Assembly: GCA_010909165.1 (NCBI GenBank)
Contig: MU008156.1
Coordinates: 973,768 to 1,037,767 of the forward strand
DNA length: 64,000 bases
Direction: 5' to 3'
Source: Anthoceros angustus
Taxonomy: Eukaryota > Plantae > Anthocerotophyta
Shown: positions 1 to 12,994 of the stretch, in pieces
Numbering within the stretch: the first letter of the stretch is position 1
Layout of the letters: each line of letters starts with the position of its first letter
Translations under genes and position numbers: made by a program
Notes under the pieces: model-generated
Database searches by the model: none
Told to the model about the DNA's origin: nothing
Seen by the model: the letters and a program-made list of their open reading frames with translations, nothing else

Positions 1-9
1 ACTGCCCTT

Positions 10-545
10 TTGAAAACGTGAAACTGCTCTTCTGGAAATGTGAAACTGCTCTTGTGAAAAAACATGAAACTGCTCTTGAGAAAACGTAAAACTGCTCTTC
101 TGAAAACGTAAAACTGCTCTTGAGAAAAAACATGAAACTGCTCTTATAAAAACGTGAAACTGCTCTTCTGGAAAAACAGGAAACTCGTCTTCTGAAAACG
201 TGAAACTGCTCTTCTAATACGTGAAAGTCGTCTTCTGAAAACGTGAAACTGCTCTTCTAATACATGGAACTATTCTGGAACTGTAAAACTGCTCCCGAAA
301 ATGTGTAAACGAGAAACTGCTCGTCTGAAACTGCTGAACTGAAAAAGTGAGACTACTCTTCTGGAACCGATGTTCTGGAACCGTGAAACCAGCTTCTGGA
401 GAAGTGAACTACTCTTCTGGAAACCATGTTCTGGAACCGTGATATCAGCTCCTGGAAAAGTGAACTGTTCTTCTGGAACCGTGAAACTGTGAAACCGGCT
501 CCTGGAACAGTGATCAGAGACTGCTCTTGACTGCTGCTCACTTCT
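10..545. repeat. Degenerate tandem minisatellite, ~20-30 bp unit (core GTGAAACTGCTCTTCTGGAA)
   Basis: The gaaactgctctt/ctggaaccgt core recurs many times back-to-back. Linkers vary slightly and are not unique spacers. Confidence 0.9.
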
Positions 546-601
546 CCTCTGCAACTGGTCTTGAGGACTCTAATAGGAATTGACATGCTTGTTAAACATT
601 C

Positions 602-698
602 CATTATCGTTTCTTCAAGGAGTGTTGCACTTCCCAGAGACATAGTATCCATTATCTTTTCTTCAAGGAGTGTTGCACTTCCCAAAGACATAGTATCC
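602..698. repeat. Two-copy ~48-bp direct repeat
   Basis: cattatc(g/t)tttcttcaaggagtgttgcacttccc(a/g)agacatagtatc occurs twice in tandem. Confidence 0.85.
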
Positions 699-879
699 GA
701 CGAGGGCTTTGCACCTTCAGGGTGGATGCACATTATGCCGATGAGGAAGGTTGGTTAGCTATACGCACGCATGCCAAACCTGGGGACGATGTCTGCTAAG
801 ATGCTAGGACAAGAGTAGAGGAAACCCGAATTCAAAACCAGCTGCAGGAATGTTGTAAGTCTACAATGTTTAGTGATTG

Positions 880-1699
880 TCAATGCAGAGGAGCATATCC
901 TTTCTCCTTCTCCCGCTCCCTGTCCCTGTCCCTGTCCGTGCGGGGATCAGGCACGACGACAGCCAGCACAGTGAACCCAGCCAGCACAGCCAGAACCAGC
1001 CCCAGCAGATTAGCCAACATGGGCTCAGCGTCGAAGTGCTTCGCCTGGCCCCGGAGCTGCAGCAGCGTCACCTTCTCCAGAATCCCGGTCTCGGCGGCCA
1101 GCACGGCGAGCGCGTACAGGCCCAGACCCCCAATGGCGTGCCAGGGCAGGAATCCGGCCCGGAATCCGGGCCCGGCCCCGGGGTACCAGAGCACGCAGAA
1201 TCCCCCGAGCCAGTGCAGGGAGAGCAGGATCCCAACCCCCAGCCCCACCCACGAGTGCAGGCTGTAGAGGTTGTCCTTGGGCGGGGAGCTCTCGTTGTGG
1301 GCGCGGAAGGCCGCCCAGATCCCGACCCACCCCAATCCCAGCGCCAGCAGCTGCATCCCAGGTGGAAGGCCTTGCGCTGCCGCCGGCTCCTCCCCGGTGC
1401 GGTGCACCAGCGCCGCCTCCCCGCCAGGACCACGAACCCCGCCATCGCCAGCACCGGGTGCACGTTGAACACCAGGGCCGTGTTGCCTCCCCGCCATGCC
1501 AGCCCGCCCCGGTAGCGGAGCTTCCAGAAGAGCGCGAGCACGAGAGCCGCCAGGCCCAGGAGATGCACCACCAGGGCCGCCAGGGCTGGGAGCAGGGCCG
1601 GCCCCACGCGCTGGGCCGCCGGGAGATGGCTCCCGGGAGAGAGCCCGCCGGGGCTGCCGGTGCCCGCCGCGCCCGCGCTTGCCACTGCCCGCTGCCCAT
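880..1699 (-). CDS. Cytochrome b561 (ascorbate-dependent transmembrane reductase family), intronless, with apparent 1-nt frameshifts
   Basis: Two overlapping frames combine into b561 motifs: FNVHPVLAMAGF, RKAFHL, AAFRAHNES, NLYSLHSWVG, LPWHAIGG and ETGILEK. Frame breaks fall in G-runs at ~1695, ~1420, ~1393 and ~1358. The start ATG at 1699 is inferred. Confidence 0.85.
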
Positions 1700-1941
1700 C
1701 ACCTCGGTTGGGAGCGAGACATCTGGATTCCGGAAAGAGGACCTGGGAGCGTTGTTGACTGGACACAGCTTGAAGAACCCAGTATGGAAGTGGCAGGGAT
1801 GCCACGTTCTGGGCGTGGACGTGGCGGGATTTGCCACTTGGCTCCGCTTCTGGAGCGACCTGTGGATGTCATGGATCCGGTGCCGGAGCCTGGGTTCCTG
1901 TCGGGAGGATCTGGGTTGCCGTGGCTTGCAGAGTGCTGGAG

Positions 1942-3016
1942 ATGAGCAGCTGCCGGGGCTTGTGGAGGGCCTTCTCTGTCTCTTCTGGGCGTCAGGGTCA
2001 GAAATCTGGCGGGAGGGTGAAGGAGTTTCAGGTGTATCGGTGGAATCCGGAGATGAGGCAGAAGCCTTACATGCAGTCTTACAAGGTGGATTTGGATGAC
2101 TGCGGGCCCATGGTATGTGGAATGGGTGGTGGGTTTTGGGTGGCAGGAAGGAGGGAGGGAGAATTTCTCGTGCTGAAAGGGGAGGTTGTGGGTCTTGGGT
2201 TTGGCAGGTGCTGGATGTGCTGCAGAAGATCAAGGCCGAGAAGGATTCGACTCTTGTGTACCGGAGATCATGTCGGAGGGTGTGTGTGGGTCTTGTTCGA
2301 TGAATATCAATGGGACAAACACCATTGCTTGCCTGTGCCCGGTGGATCCTGACCCCAGGACGGTGACGACCATTACCCCGTTGTCCCACATGTTTGTGAT
2401 CAAGGATCTGGCGGTGGATTTCACCAATTTCTACAACCAGTACAAGTGAGGTTTTTGGATGGAGGTTAACTAATGCTATGGAGAACAATTGTGTCTGGAT
2501 GGTTGTGGTGGATCTCACCGGATGTGTGTTGCAGGACGGTGGAGCCGTGGTTGAAGACCAAACGAAGTCCTCCGGAGGGACGAGAGTACCGCCAGTCTCC
2601 AAAGGAGAGGAGGAAGCACGATGGATTGTATGAGTGCATCTTGTGCGCTTGTTGTAGCAGTGCCTGTCCGTCGTATTGGTGGAATGCTGACAGTTTCCTG
2701 GGCCCGGCTGCGCTTCTGCATGCAAGACGGTGGATCAGTGACTCGTATGTTTCTCTCCAGCAAGCCATAGCTTGGTAGTTTTGAATTCTCTTAGACTTCT
2801 CACATTTGTTTTGGTGGAACATGTGCACTCAGGCGGGACGATTATGGCAAGGAACGAGCACTGGCTTTGACGGAGGGTGACAAGCTTTACCGTTGCCACA
2901 CCATCATGAATTGTGCTCAGGTTTGTCCCAAGCGCTTGAACCCTGGGAGGGCCATCTCGGAAATCAGGAAAATGCATGTCGAAATTGCTGTCAAGGATCC
3001 CAGTGTGCTGCTTTAG
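1942..3016 (+). CDS. SDH2: Mitochondrial succinate dehydrogenase iron-sulfur subunit (4 exons)
   Basis: Motifs: [21 protein letters not shown](R)[26 protein letters not shown] and [16 protein letters not shown], with all Fe-S cysteines present. GT-AG introns start at 2113, ~2445 and ~2746. One G is missing at ~2276 (REG). Confidence 0.95.
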
Positions 3017-3058
3017 GAGGGACAGTGGCCTTGTCCGGCTGAGGATTGTTCCAGTTGA

Positions 3059-5895
3059 TTAAGCCCCTGCCTTCCGGAGCAGAATCAGAATAGCGAGAAG
3101 TCCTCCCATGTTGGGCATCCAAGCTCCTATGAATGGGTTGACCAGATTTAACTGCAGAACGACAGCCTTGATGTAACACTAGTCAAGCAAGATAGACAGA
3201 CAGGTTCTGAAAAAATTCGAACTGTGAGATGCATACCTGGCCGAGAAGGGCTCCGCAAACATTGACTACATAGTAGCTGAAGACTATAGCAAGCATCCAC
3301 ACGAATCCGACCTGCACTCCAACAGATCAATGGTGGTAAGATGGCAAGAGATTGCTTGTGGCCTGCCTTATGAAGAAAGTGTAATGCACCGAGGCGGTCA
3401 GCAATTCTGGGAAGCACCATGTGTCGCTTCCGTGGTAAGCTCAGGCTGATCAGAGATCCAACTACCCCAAAGACCAGGCAAGCGAAGGGAAGGGCCATCC
3501 TCTGATGGAGCTTCACCTGCGGCAAACACATGTTTTTACATGCAAGTATGAATTGGTATCCAAGCGTAACATCTCGTTGCACGTTAACAAGAAGTGATAC
3601 GCGTTTGTCTCGTACCTTCAGCTTTCTACTCTCACTGAGGTTCCTACTTGCATCCAGTAGCTGCTGCAATTTGATCACCTGCACTTCTTCCAAATTGTGA
3701 AATGAGCATTTTTCGACGGACAGTTCAGAGAGACCAGAACAAGCGATGGAACCACCTCTTTGATGGTCATGTCATCAAAGTTTCGTCCATTCTGTAGTTT
3801 GGCAAGTTCCAAAGGTGCCGACGTCAGTCCTCGGAAGTCTGCAATTAGAAGCAAACAAGTACGGTGAGCAGAAGGGACCTGTACAAGTGCAACGGGACAG
3901 GAGAAATTTCAGTGACTGACTCACATCTTACGTCGAACTGGCACACAGATTGCAGAGAGTATGTAGCCAGATTAGGTGGAGAGTTAAGGGCAGGTATGTC
4001 ATCTTTGCAAGGTGCATCTGACTCAGTTATCCCTTTGCTACAGCCACCCCATAGAATATCATATTCTGCACCATTCTTAAACATCCAAGCATTCCTACTT
4101 GCATCCCACGTCGAGGACTCAGCGACCACCACTCTACGTAATCTGATGCCTGTAAATCACACAGTTTGTACTCAGCAAAATAGTTGTTTTCAGCTTTGCC
4201 TACCATCTTTTTTCTGAGCATCCCCTACAGAATTCTAATTTCAAGCCAACCTTGTTTGCGGTCGCCAGATCTGCAAGGTAACAAGGAGACGCTGGGAGAA
4301 TCTACCGCCTGATGATTCCACTTGTTACAAAGCATTCAGACAGACCTTTCAGCTATACAGAAATGACTTTCATTCAAACTTTGGTCAAGACGCATGTCAT
4401 ATCCAACACAGCTCCAGCAACAGCACAGGACAGCAGCAGCGGCAATACCTGCATCTCAAGAAGAGTTGCCTTCAGCAACAGTTCACCAGCAAGCCTATGA
4501 GCATAGAACAAGTGACACAAGCTGCCCTTCCTGCAGCCATACGAGCCGCAGCTTCTAACGCACTGGACAAGCTCATGTACTGAACACGAAAAATAGGGCA
4601 AAGATGAAGCACTGATTGTTGTTCAAGAGGAACGCAGAGTCTATGCCATCCCCGTTGGGATACCTGTAGTTCAAGTAGATAACTGGCTGTGGGGGCATCT
4701 TCAACTTTACCTGTGGACATTCGACAAAACAATAAGGGCTCCACCCAGGAATATTATACAGAACTCCTCACCTCGGCCCACACTCTCATAGCAGGTGGTC
4801 TATTCAGCTACTCCAACATGGCACCTTAAGGCTAAACATACCTGAGATGCGTCCTTTCCCTGGACGTTGACTTCAGCAGCTTCTGACTTAAGATGTTGTG
4901 CATATCTGTTTGCTTTAGGAATCACACCCTGTGAACATGCAATGCTGCCTCTATCAGGTACGCGGTTCAGTGACTGCCACTCAAGTCTGTCCCCAATAAA
5001 CCACCAAACTAGCACCTCGGTGAGGAAGAGATGACAAATGGTCACTCCAGCAAACATCACAAGTACTGGCCGGACCAGTCTCCAGGCCGTCACTCCACAG
5101 GATCTGAGAGCTGCATTATTGGTTGCGCATGTCCATAAACCAATAGTCCCATGTACACGTAAGATGAGATTCTTGCCGACCGGAAATGCGGCAAGACTAG
5201 GCAAGGAAGTTGAAGGCTAGCTCCACCTAAAATCTCATTGTCTGCCTCCATGCGTCCAAAGGCAAGCAATGGGGCTAGCAGAGACGCAATCGGAAGGGCA
5301 AATCCAACGTAAACCTGCAACCAAACATCAAACCAGCTACAGTCACCAAGCTGTCCGGGCTCTCTTCAACAGCTAAACAAAGTTCTTCCCAACACTCACA
5401 GGAACTCGCAAAACCAAAAACCGCACAGCAAGCAGCACGCTTGGCCATGAAACTCCATAACTTCCCACCAACGTGCCAAGTTCAGGCCCCGCACCTGATA
5501 CCACATCCGAGGATACCATCTGTAAAGACGTCACATCATTCAGACCGCCATAACTGTACATGCACAGGCGTCATCTTACCCATGAAAATCCCCATTGCAG
5601 TAGCTGCAGCAACTCCAAGAATCATAGGAGGAACAAGCTCAGCTAAAATATAACTGTCCAGCAGAGGTATGCCATGTGCTCTGACATCAATGCACAACAA
5701 CGACTCCCTTCGAGTGACTGAAGAGGTAATCCCCTGTCTAGACGAGGATCGTAAGACAGAGACATCCAGATGCTTGCACGCCAAACTCCTGGAATCTGAT
5801 TGGAGACTAATCCCCATCGTCCGGTGCACAGTGCTGAAGCAGTGGGCAGAAATGGGCAAATGTGGTGCCAGAGATGGCTTGCTCAGAGCCCACAT
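3059..5895 (-). CDS. LptF/LptG (YjgP/YjgQ) family permease, cyanobacterial type, ~13 exons, with a putative plastid transit peptide
   Basis: Spliced motifs in order: LLDSYILAELVPP, RVP-VYVGFALPIASLLA, DNEILALRSCGV, EGVIPKAN, LFYA, VVAESSTWDASRNAWMFKNG, NFDDMTI, KLHQRMALPFACLVFGVVGS, IVFSYY, NPFIGAWMPN. Last exons are 3516-3418, 3311-3237 and 3151-3059 with GT-AG borders. The N-terminal ~75 aa are Ser/Thr/Arg-rich. The 4449/4150 junction needs one extra G. Confidence 0.88.
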
Positions 5896-6300
5896 ACTGC
5901 ATCCCAGTTCACACAGTTACAGCGAGAAAGACTTGAGGTTGGTGAACACAAGCATGTGTTCTGAATGTCAATTGGCAAAAACTATTTCAGTCCACAGCCA
6001 GGCGGAAACTGCTTGAAACATTGCAACCGAGACTCGTAACGATTCTCAAAGTCGTCACGAGAATGGGCTCTTCCCATCACGGACTGCGTAGCAGACCTCA
6101 AAGTGGAAATGCGAAATCACCCCCAACACTTACAGATGCCTTGCCACCTCGCTGTGACCTGATTCGATTAAGCTTAATGTTCAATTACTAATACAGCTGC
6201 TTAGGAGAGGAATCCCGCCCATGAGGCTAGGCCAACATGCCCTATTCTTAAACCCAGAACCTTGGGCTCGTGAGTTCTGTCAGTTTGTGCTGCTGTGGCC

Positions 6301-8563
6301 ATGGCGAAGGTGAGGAAGAGGAAGGACAGGACGCAGGACGTTGCCAAGCGGAAGAGGCAAAGGGGATCGTCGTCGCGCGGGCAGCGGAAAGATGATTTGT
6401 TCCATCGAAATGGAGACGAGGAGCTGGCAAGCGATCATGAAGAGGGGAGTGAGCGGGGGGATGATGAAGTCCAGAGCGATGAGGAGGAGGAGGAGGAGGA
6501 GCAGCGGGAGAAGGATAGGGTGGAGACTGCGGAGGAGAAGAAATTGAGAGTGGCCACGGTTTATCTGGACAAGGTCCGGGAGTCTGTAGCTGCTGCTGCT
6601 GCTGAGGACGGCGGGGATGAAGCTGATAGGGAGAAAAGCAACGCAGGGAATAGGGACTCTCTGGTAGCTGACTTGCTGAAGCAGCGGCAGTTGGAGGAGA
6701 GCGGCCGAGTGCAGCGGAAGATCGCTGACAGGTACAGCGATCTGATTGGGTGCATTGGGGCCAGATTGATGCGAATTTTGTAGAAGTTGATGTGACCGCT
6801 GAGTGCTGTGCTGCTTGTTTGCCGTTGGCATTTTTGAATGTAGGGTTGTGGAACCATCGGAAACAGGGGAGGGAAGGTATGTCGGTCGGCGGCACAGACG
6901 CACAGTTACGGCAGTTGCGTTGACGGAAGATGATTCTAGGGGTTTCGCGGCGTCGAAGGATGGCCTCATTGTGCATTGGGATGTAGAGTCGGGGAAGAGT
7001 GAGAAGTATGAGTGGCCTAGTGGTGAAGCTTCAACTTCAGGGAAACATGCTGGGGCCCAGTCTCATGGAAACCAAGGAAGGAAGAAGCATAGCAGTCGAC
7101 ATGTGTTGACAATAGCTGTTAGCTCAGATGGAAGATATCTGGCCTCCGGTGGTCTCGATCGTACAGTACACGTCTGGGACACCAGAACTCGGGAGCATAT
7201 TCAGGTAATAAGTGGTTTTGTTCTGCAGCTTAGCTAGTGAAGGAAAGGTGCATCTTAGGGCAGCGTGATGTACAGAGGCAGAGCTTGACTTGGAGCTGTT
7301 GGCTCTTTGCAGGCCTTCCCTGGTCACAAAGGAGCTGTGTCTAGCTTGGCCTTCAGACTGGGGACACAGCAATTGATATCAGGGGCTTTTGATAGGACGG
7401 TAAAGTTGTGGAGTGTGGAAGACAGGGCTTATATAGACACGCTCTATGGGCATCAGAGTGAAGTTGTCTCGATAGATTGCGTTCGTCAGGAGCGAGTGTT
7501 TTCTGCAGGTCGGGATCGAACGTTACGACTGTGGAAGGTGAGGAGCTCCCCTTTTCGTCCTGTCACCTGTTGGCCGGTCTTTGTTCAGTTTGGAGCTGGC
7601 AAGTCAACACTTTACAGACTGCTGTGAACGTTCAGTTGTCCTATGGTCCTCATGAGCGGCTATGCCTTGTTATGATTTGCTGTTGAAAACTTTGCAGGTT
7701 CCAGAAGAGACACAGCTTGTCTTTAGAGGTTATGGTCCTTCAATGGAAAGTTGCTGCTTCTTATCAAATGGAGAATTCTTGTCAGGGTCCGATGATGGCT
7801 CTATCGCTCTCTGGAGTACGTTGCGGAAGAAGCCTGCATTCATTGTGCGTAATGCACATGGCAGCACTAGGCCTACTGATCACAGTTCTGCAGAGTCAGA
7901 AGGCTCTGAGAATCCTCTCGTTGCAGCATCCACAAAGGGGATGGCAAATGGCTCTGCAAACGGGCATGCATGTAAGCGGAGCCTACGGTGGCTGGCAATG
8001 GTGCTCATGGGGTATTGACAACTTCAGCTCTTCCAAGTTACTAATGTGGCAATGCTGATCAGATGCAAGCGACGAGGAGCCATTACATTCAAAAACCCCC
8101 ACCGTTCCCCAGGGAGCTGCGGCACAGTGGGTGGGTGCGGTTGCGGTCTGCCGTGGAAGTGACCTGGCTGCATCAGGCGCAGGTGATGGGATAGTACAAC
8201 TCTGGGCTTTAGAAGACGGGAACAAGAGTATTCGACGACTGCAGGGCCTCCCCGTTGTAAGTATCAGCTATCAGCCTCATCCAGTGCAGGCCCTTTGATG
8301 TGACACCGTATCCTCACCTAAATGACTTTGTCAAGCAGAAGGGGTTTGTCAATTCTCTGAAGTTTGCGTACAGCGGCCGCTTCCTCCTTGCTGGAGTTGG
8401 CCAGGTATGCACCTCTCATTTTCTGTTCTTGCATCCCTTGCTCCCGAAGGAACTTCTCTCACGGACCTTTTGTTTCCTGCAACAGGAGCCACGGCTTGGT
8501 AGATGGGGGTACATTCAGGGTCTCCGGAATGGAGTTGTCATGCACAACATTGATTTGTCGTAG
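6301..8563 (+). CDS. RRP9: U3 snoRNP-associated WD40 protein RRP9/U3-55K
   Basis: Basic and acidic N-terminus with ETAEEKKLRVA. WD40 repeats include LTIAVSSDGRYLASGGLDRTVHVWD, FPGHKGAVSSLAF, LYGHQSEV and VGQEPRLGRW. Multiple GT-AG introns. Confidence 0.93.
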
Positions 8564-9174
8564 ACTTGCGTCCACTTTCTTAAATTCCCAGATTAGTCTC
8601 GATCCCGGCCTGCACTTCCCCACTGGAGAAGCTGGTTGGAGCCCGTCGTCCATGTTTATGGAATCAATTTTGGCCGAGCAGTCTCCTCCTGGCGGGATTT
8701 TGCTGTTCCAGTGTGATCCTATTCTAGACTGGAGGACTTGTGCTGTAAAATATGTTGAGTTACGTAGGTGCCACACCGGTTTGTGCAGCGTACCATTTTG
8801 GATGTGGTTTGTGGGCCAACATCGGGAGACGGGTAGGTTATCGCGGGTGCAAATGGGACCAGGAGCACGCCCTCTCAGCAGCTAACGATATCGTTTACCC
8901 GCGGGGTTTTGAAATTGGACAAGTTGCCGTCTGATCGCTCAGGGCCACGGTAGGCGGGAATCGAAGCGGGGACGACTCACGAATCAACGCAGAGCTGGTA
9001 ACGAACGAATTTGAGGAATGGGGCTGCCGTGAGCCAATGTTTCGAAGCTTCACTTCGCGTGAATGAAGTTGCCATTCTCGGATTTGTCTCTGCAGTGGCT
9101 GCGCACTTATCAAGATCACCTGAGGAGACCGCGCAGATGCTTCAATCGGCTTGGATTCTCTCATTCATCACAAT

Positions 9175-11501
<2,327 letters not shown>

Positions 11502-12680
11502 ACCATAGAGGGCGAACAACGGTTAGACAAGTGATTTTCTCCTAACGGACAGGAAAAGTCGTAGATTGTTTGGGTGCATGTCACGTCCTGCTAATCCTCC
11601 GAACTCCTATTCCTCTCACTCAAGACAGGGTGTCGACTACTGCTCAGGTACCGCGTGCACTTTCCTCTGCATACATGGATGGCTGGCTGGTTGTGCCTTG
11701 TGCAATATAATGTATATTGCATTGCCTGGGGAATCACCCCAGCTGCAATGTCCCATGACAGCCAGGGTCTCATCAGCAGAGCTGTACGGTACGCAGGAGC
11801 AATATGGTGAAGATGCCCAGACTGAGCATGTGATAGTGTCACTCTGTTCACCCCAGAAAAATTAGTTTGACACTGGAAGACCTCCTGTAGAAAGAAGGGG
11901 TGACCCCCCTGCCATCCTGAAGGCCCGTCCGGGACGGTGGGGCCGGCACCGGCATGTGATGTGTACTCGGCTGGTGCCGAAAGCTAGCTCAAGTGGAGGA
12001 GGGGCAAAGGCCATATCATGAGGATAAGGTGTTGGAGACGACTCTTATCTTAGTAGTAGTAGTAGTATGTGCCATTAGCAGACTACATACCTTCAGGTTA
12101 GCAGAGGTGACTGGGTAGCAAAAGTGAAGTGTGTGAAACTGAGATTCCGGTGGCGCAGATTCCCGGGAAGCGACTTTTTTCATCTTCGCCGGGCCCGAAG
12201 CTCGCTACCCAGGGGCAGCGATATGGTCGTTATGTTCCGTGCAACCGCGAGCCCTACGTTAGTTAGGTCGTACAGCGGAGGTCACCAGACCCCAAAGTCG
12301 GAGTATCGTTGCCCTAATTCACTTCCGTCCAGTCAACAGAGGCAGCCTAGGGTTTTGCGGAGTTACTGGACCTGGGGTTACTGAAGCTGCGCCCTAACTT
12401 CCGCCGAAGGCTCTAGAAGTGCGATCCTATCCGTGGTAGGATCGACGGCGCAGGCGAGAGAGGAACCTTTGGGACGGTTGTGAATCGTGGATGAGCGCTG
12501 CGGAGGCTAAAGCAATTTCGGCGCATTTTATGCAGTTTTCTATTTACCGATCTTGCTCCAAATAAATAGTTTTAACTCTTCACTAGGCAACGGGAGGCTC
12601 AAAGGGGGAGGAAAGAGGGGGAAGTAAGCTCTCTCGTTGTGGGCTGAAGGCTGAACTTGGCTTGGCGTTTGTCGGCTCGC

Positions 12681-12705
12681 CTCGACTCGACTCGACTCGA
12701 CTCGA
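12681..12705. repeat. (CTCGA)5 microsatellite upstream of the caprin-like gene
   Basis: ctcgactcgactcgactcgactcga seen directly. Confidence 0.9.
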
Positions 12706-12994
12706 CCCGCTCGGCTGCGAGCGCAAACGCAGCGCAAGGAAAGGCAGAGCGCGGAAGGGAAGGCGGACGCTGCGAGAGCGAGGGAGCGGGCGGAGTGAGG
12801 GCCGGGCTTGGAGGGCAAGCAATCGGGCGGGCATGGATTTGTGAAGGCTTGATGGTGGGAGAGAGGGCGTGAGGAAGAGACGAGCGGGGGCGGGGCGTTG
12901 TGCGGCCCGGCGCCTGGAGGAGACGGGGGACGGGAAGGAGGGGAAAGCAAGGGGGAGAGGTTTGAGGAGGGGAGTTAGGGTAGGAGAGGGAGAA

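Noticed and set aside
10-545. CRISPR-like array
   Set aside because: There are no unique spacers of constant length, the repeats are degenerate, the context is eukaryotic, and no cas genes are present.
1025-2725. 566-aa minus-strand ORF
   Set aside because: It is a GC-rich shadow ORF overlapping SDH2 (antisense) and b561 (off-frame), and shows no domain character.
2590-2945. RNA editing to explain the SDH2 substitutions
   Set aside because: The gene is nuclear and intron-containing, and the H/L and R/G changes are not C-U edits.
880-3016. b561 acting as the SDH membrane anchor (SDH3/4) in an operon-like pair with SDH2
   Set aside because: The motifs are those of the ascorbate-dependent CYB561 family, not cytochrome b560/SdhC. 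Adjacency is explained by genome compactness.
12422-12445. 8-bp hairpin cgatccta/taggatcg in the intergenic region
   Set aside because: It is isolated, with no flanking ncRNA features or second copy, and is compatible with chance.
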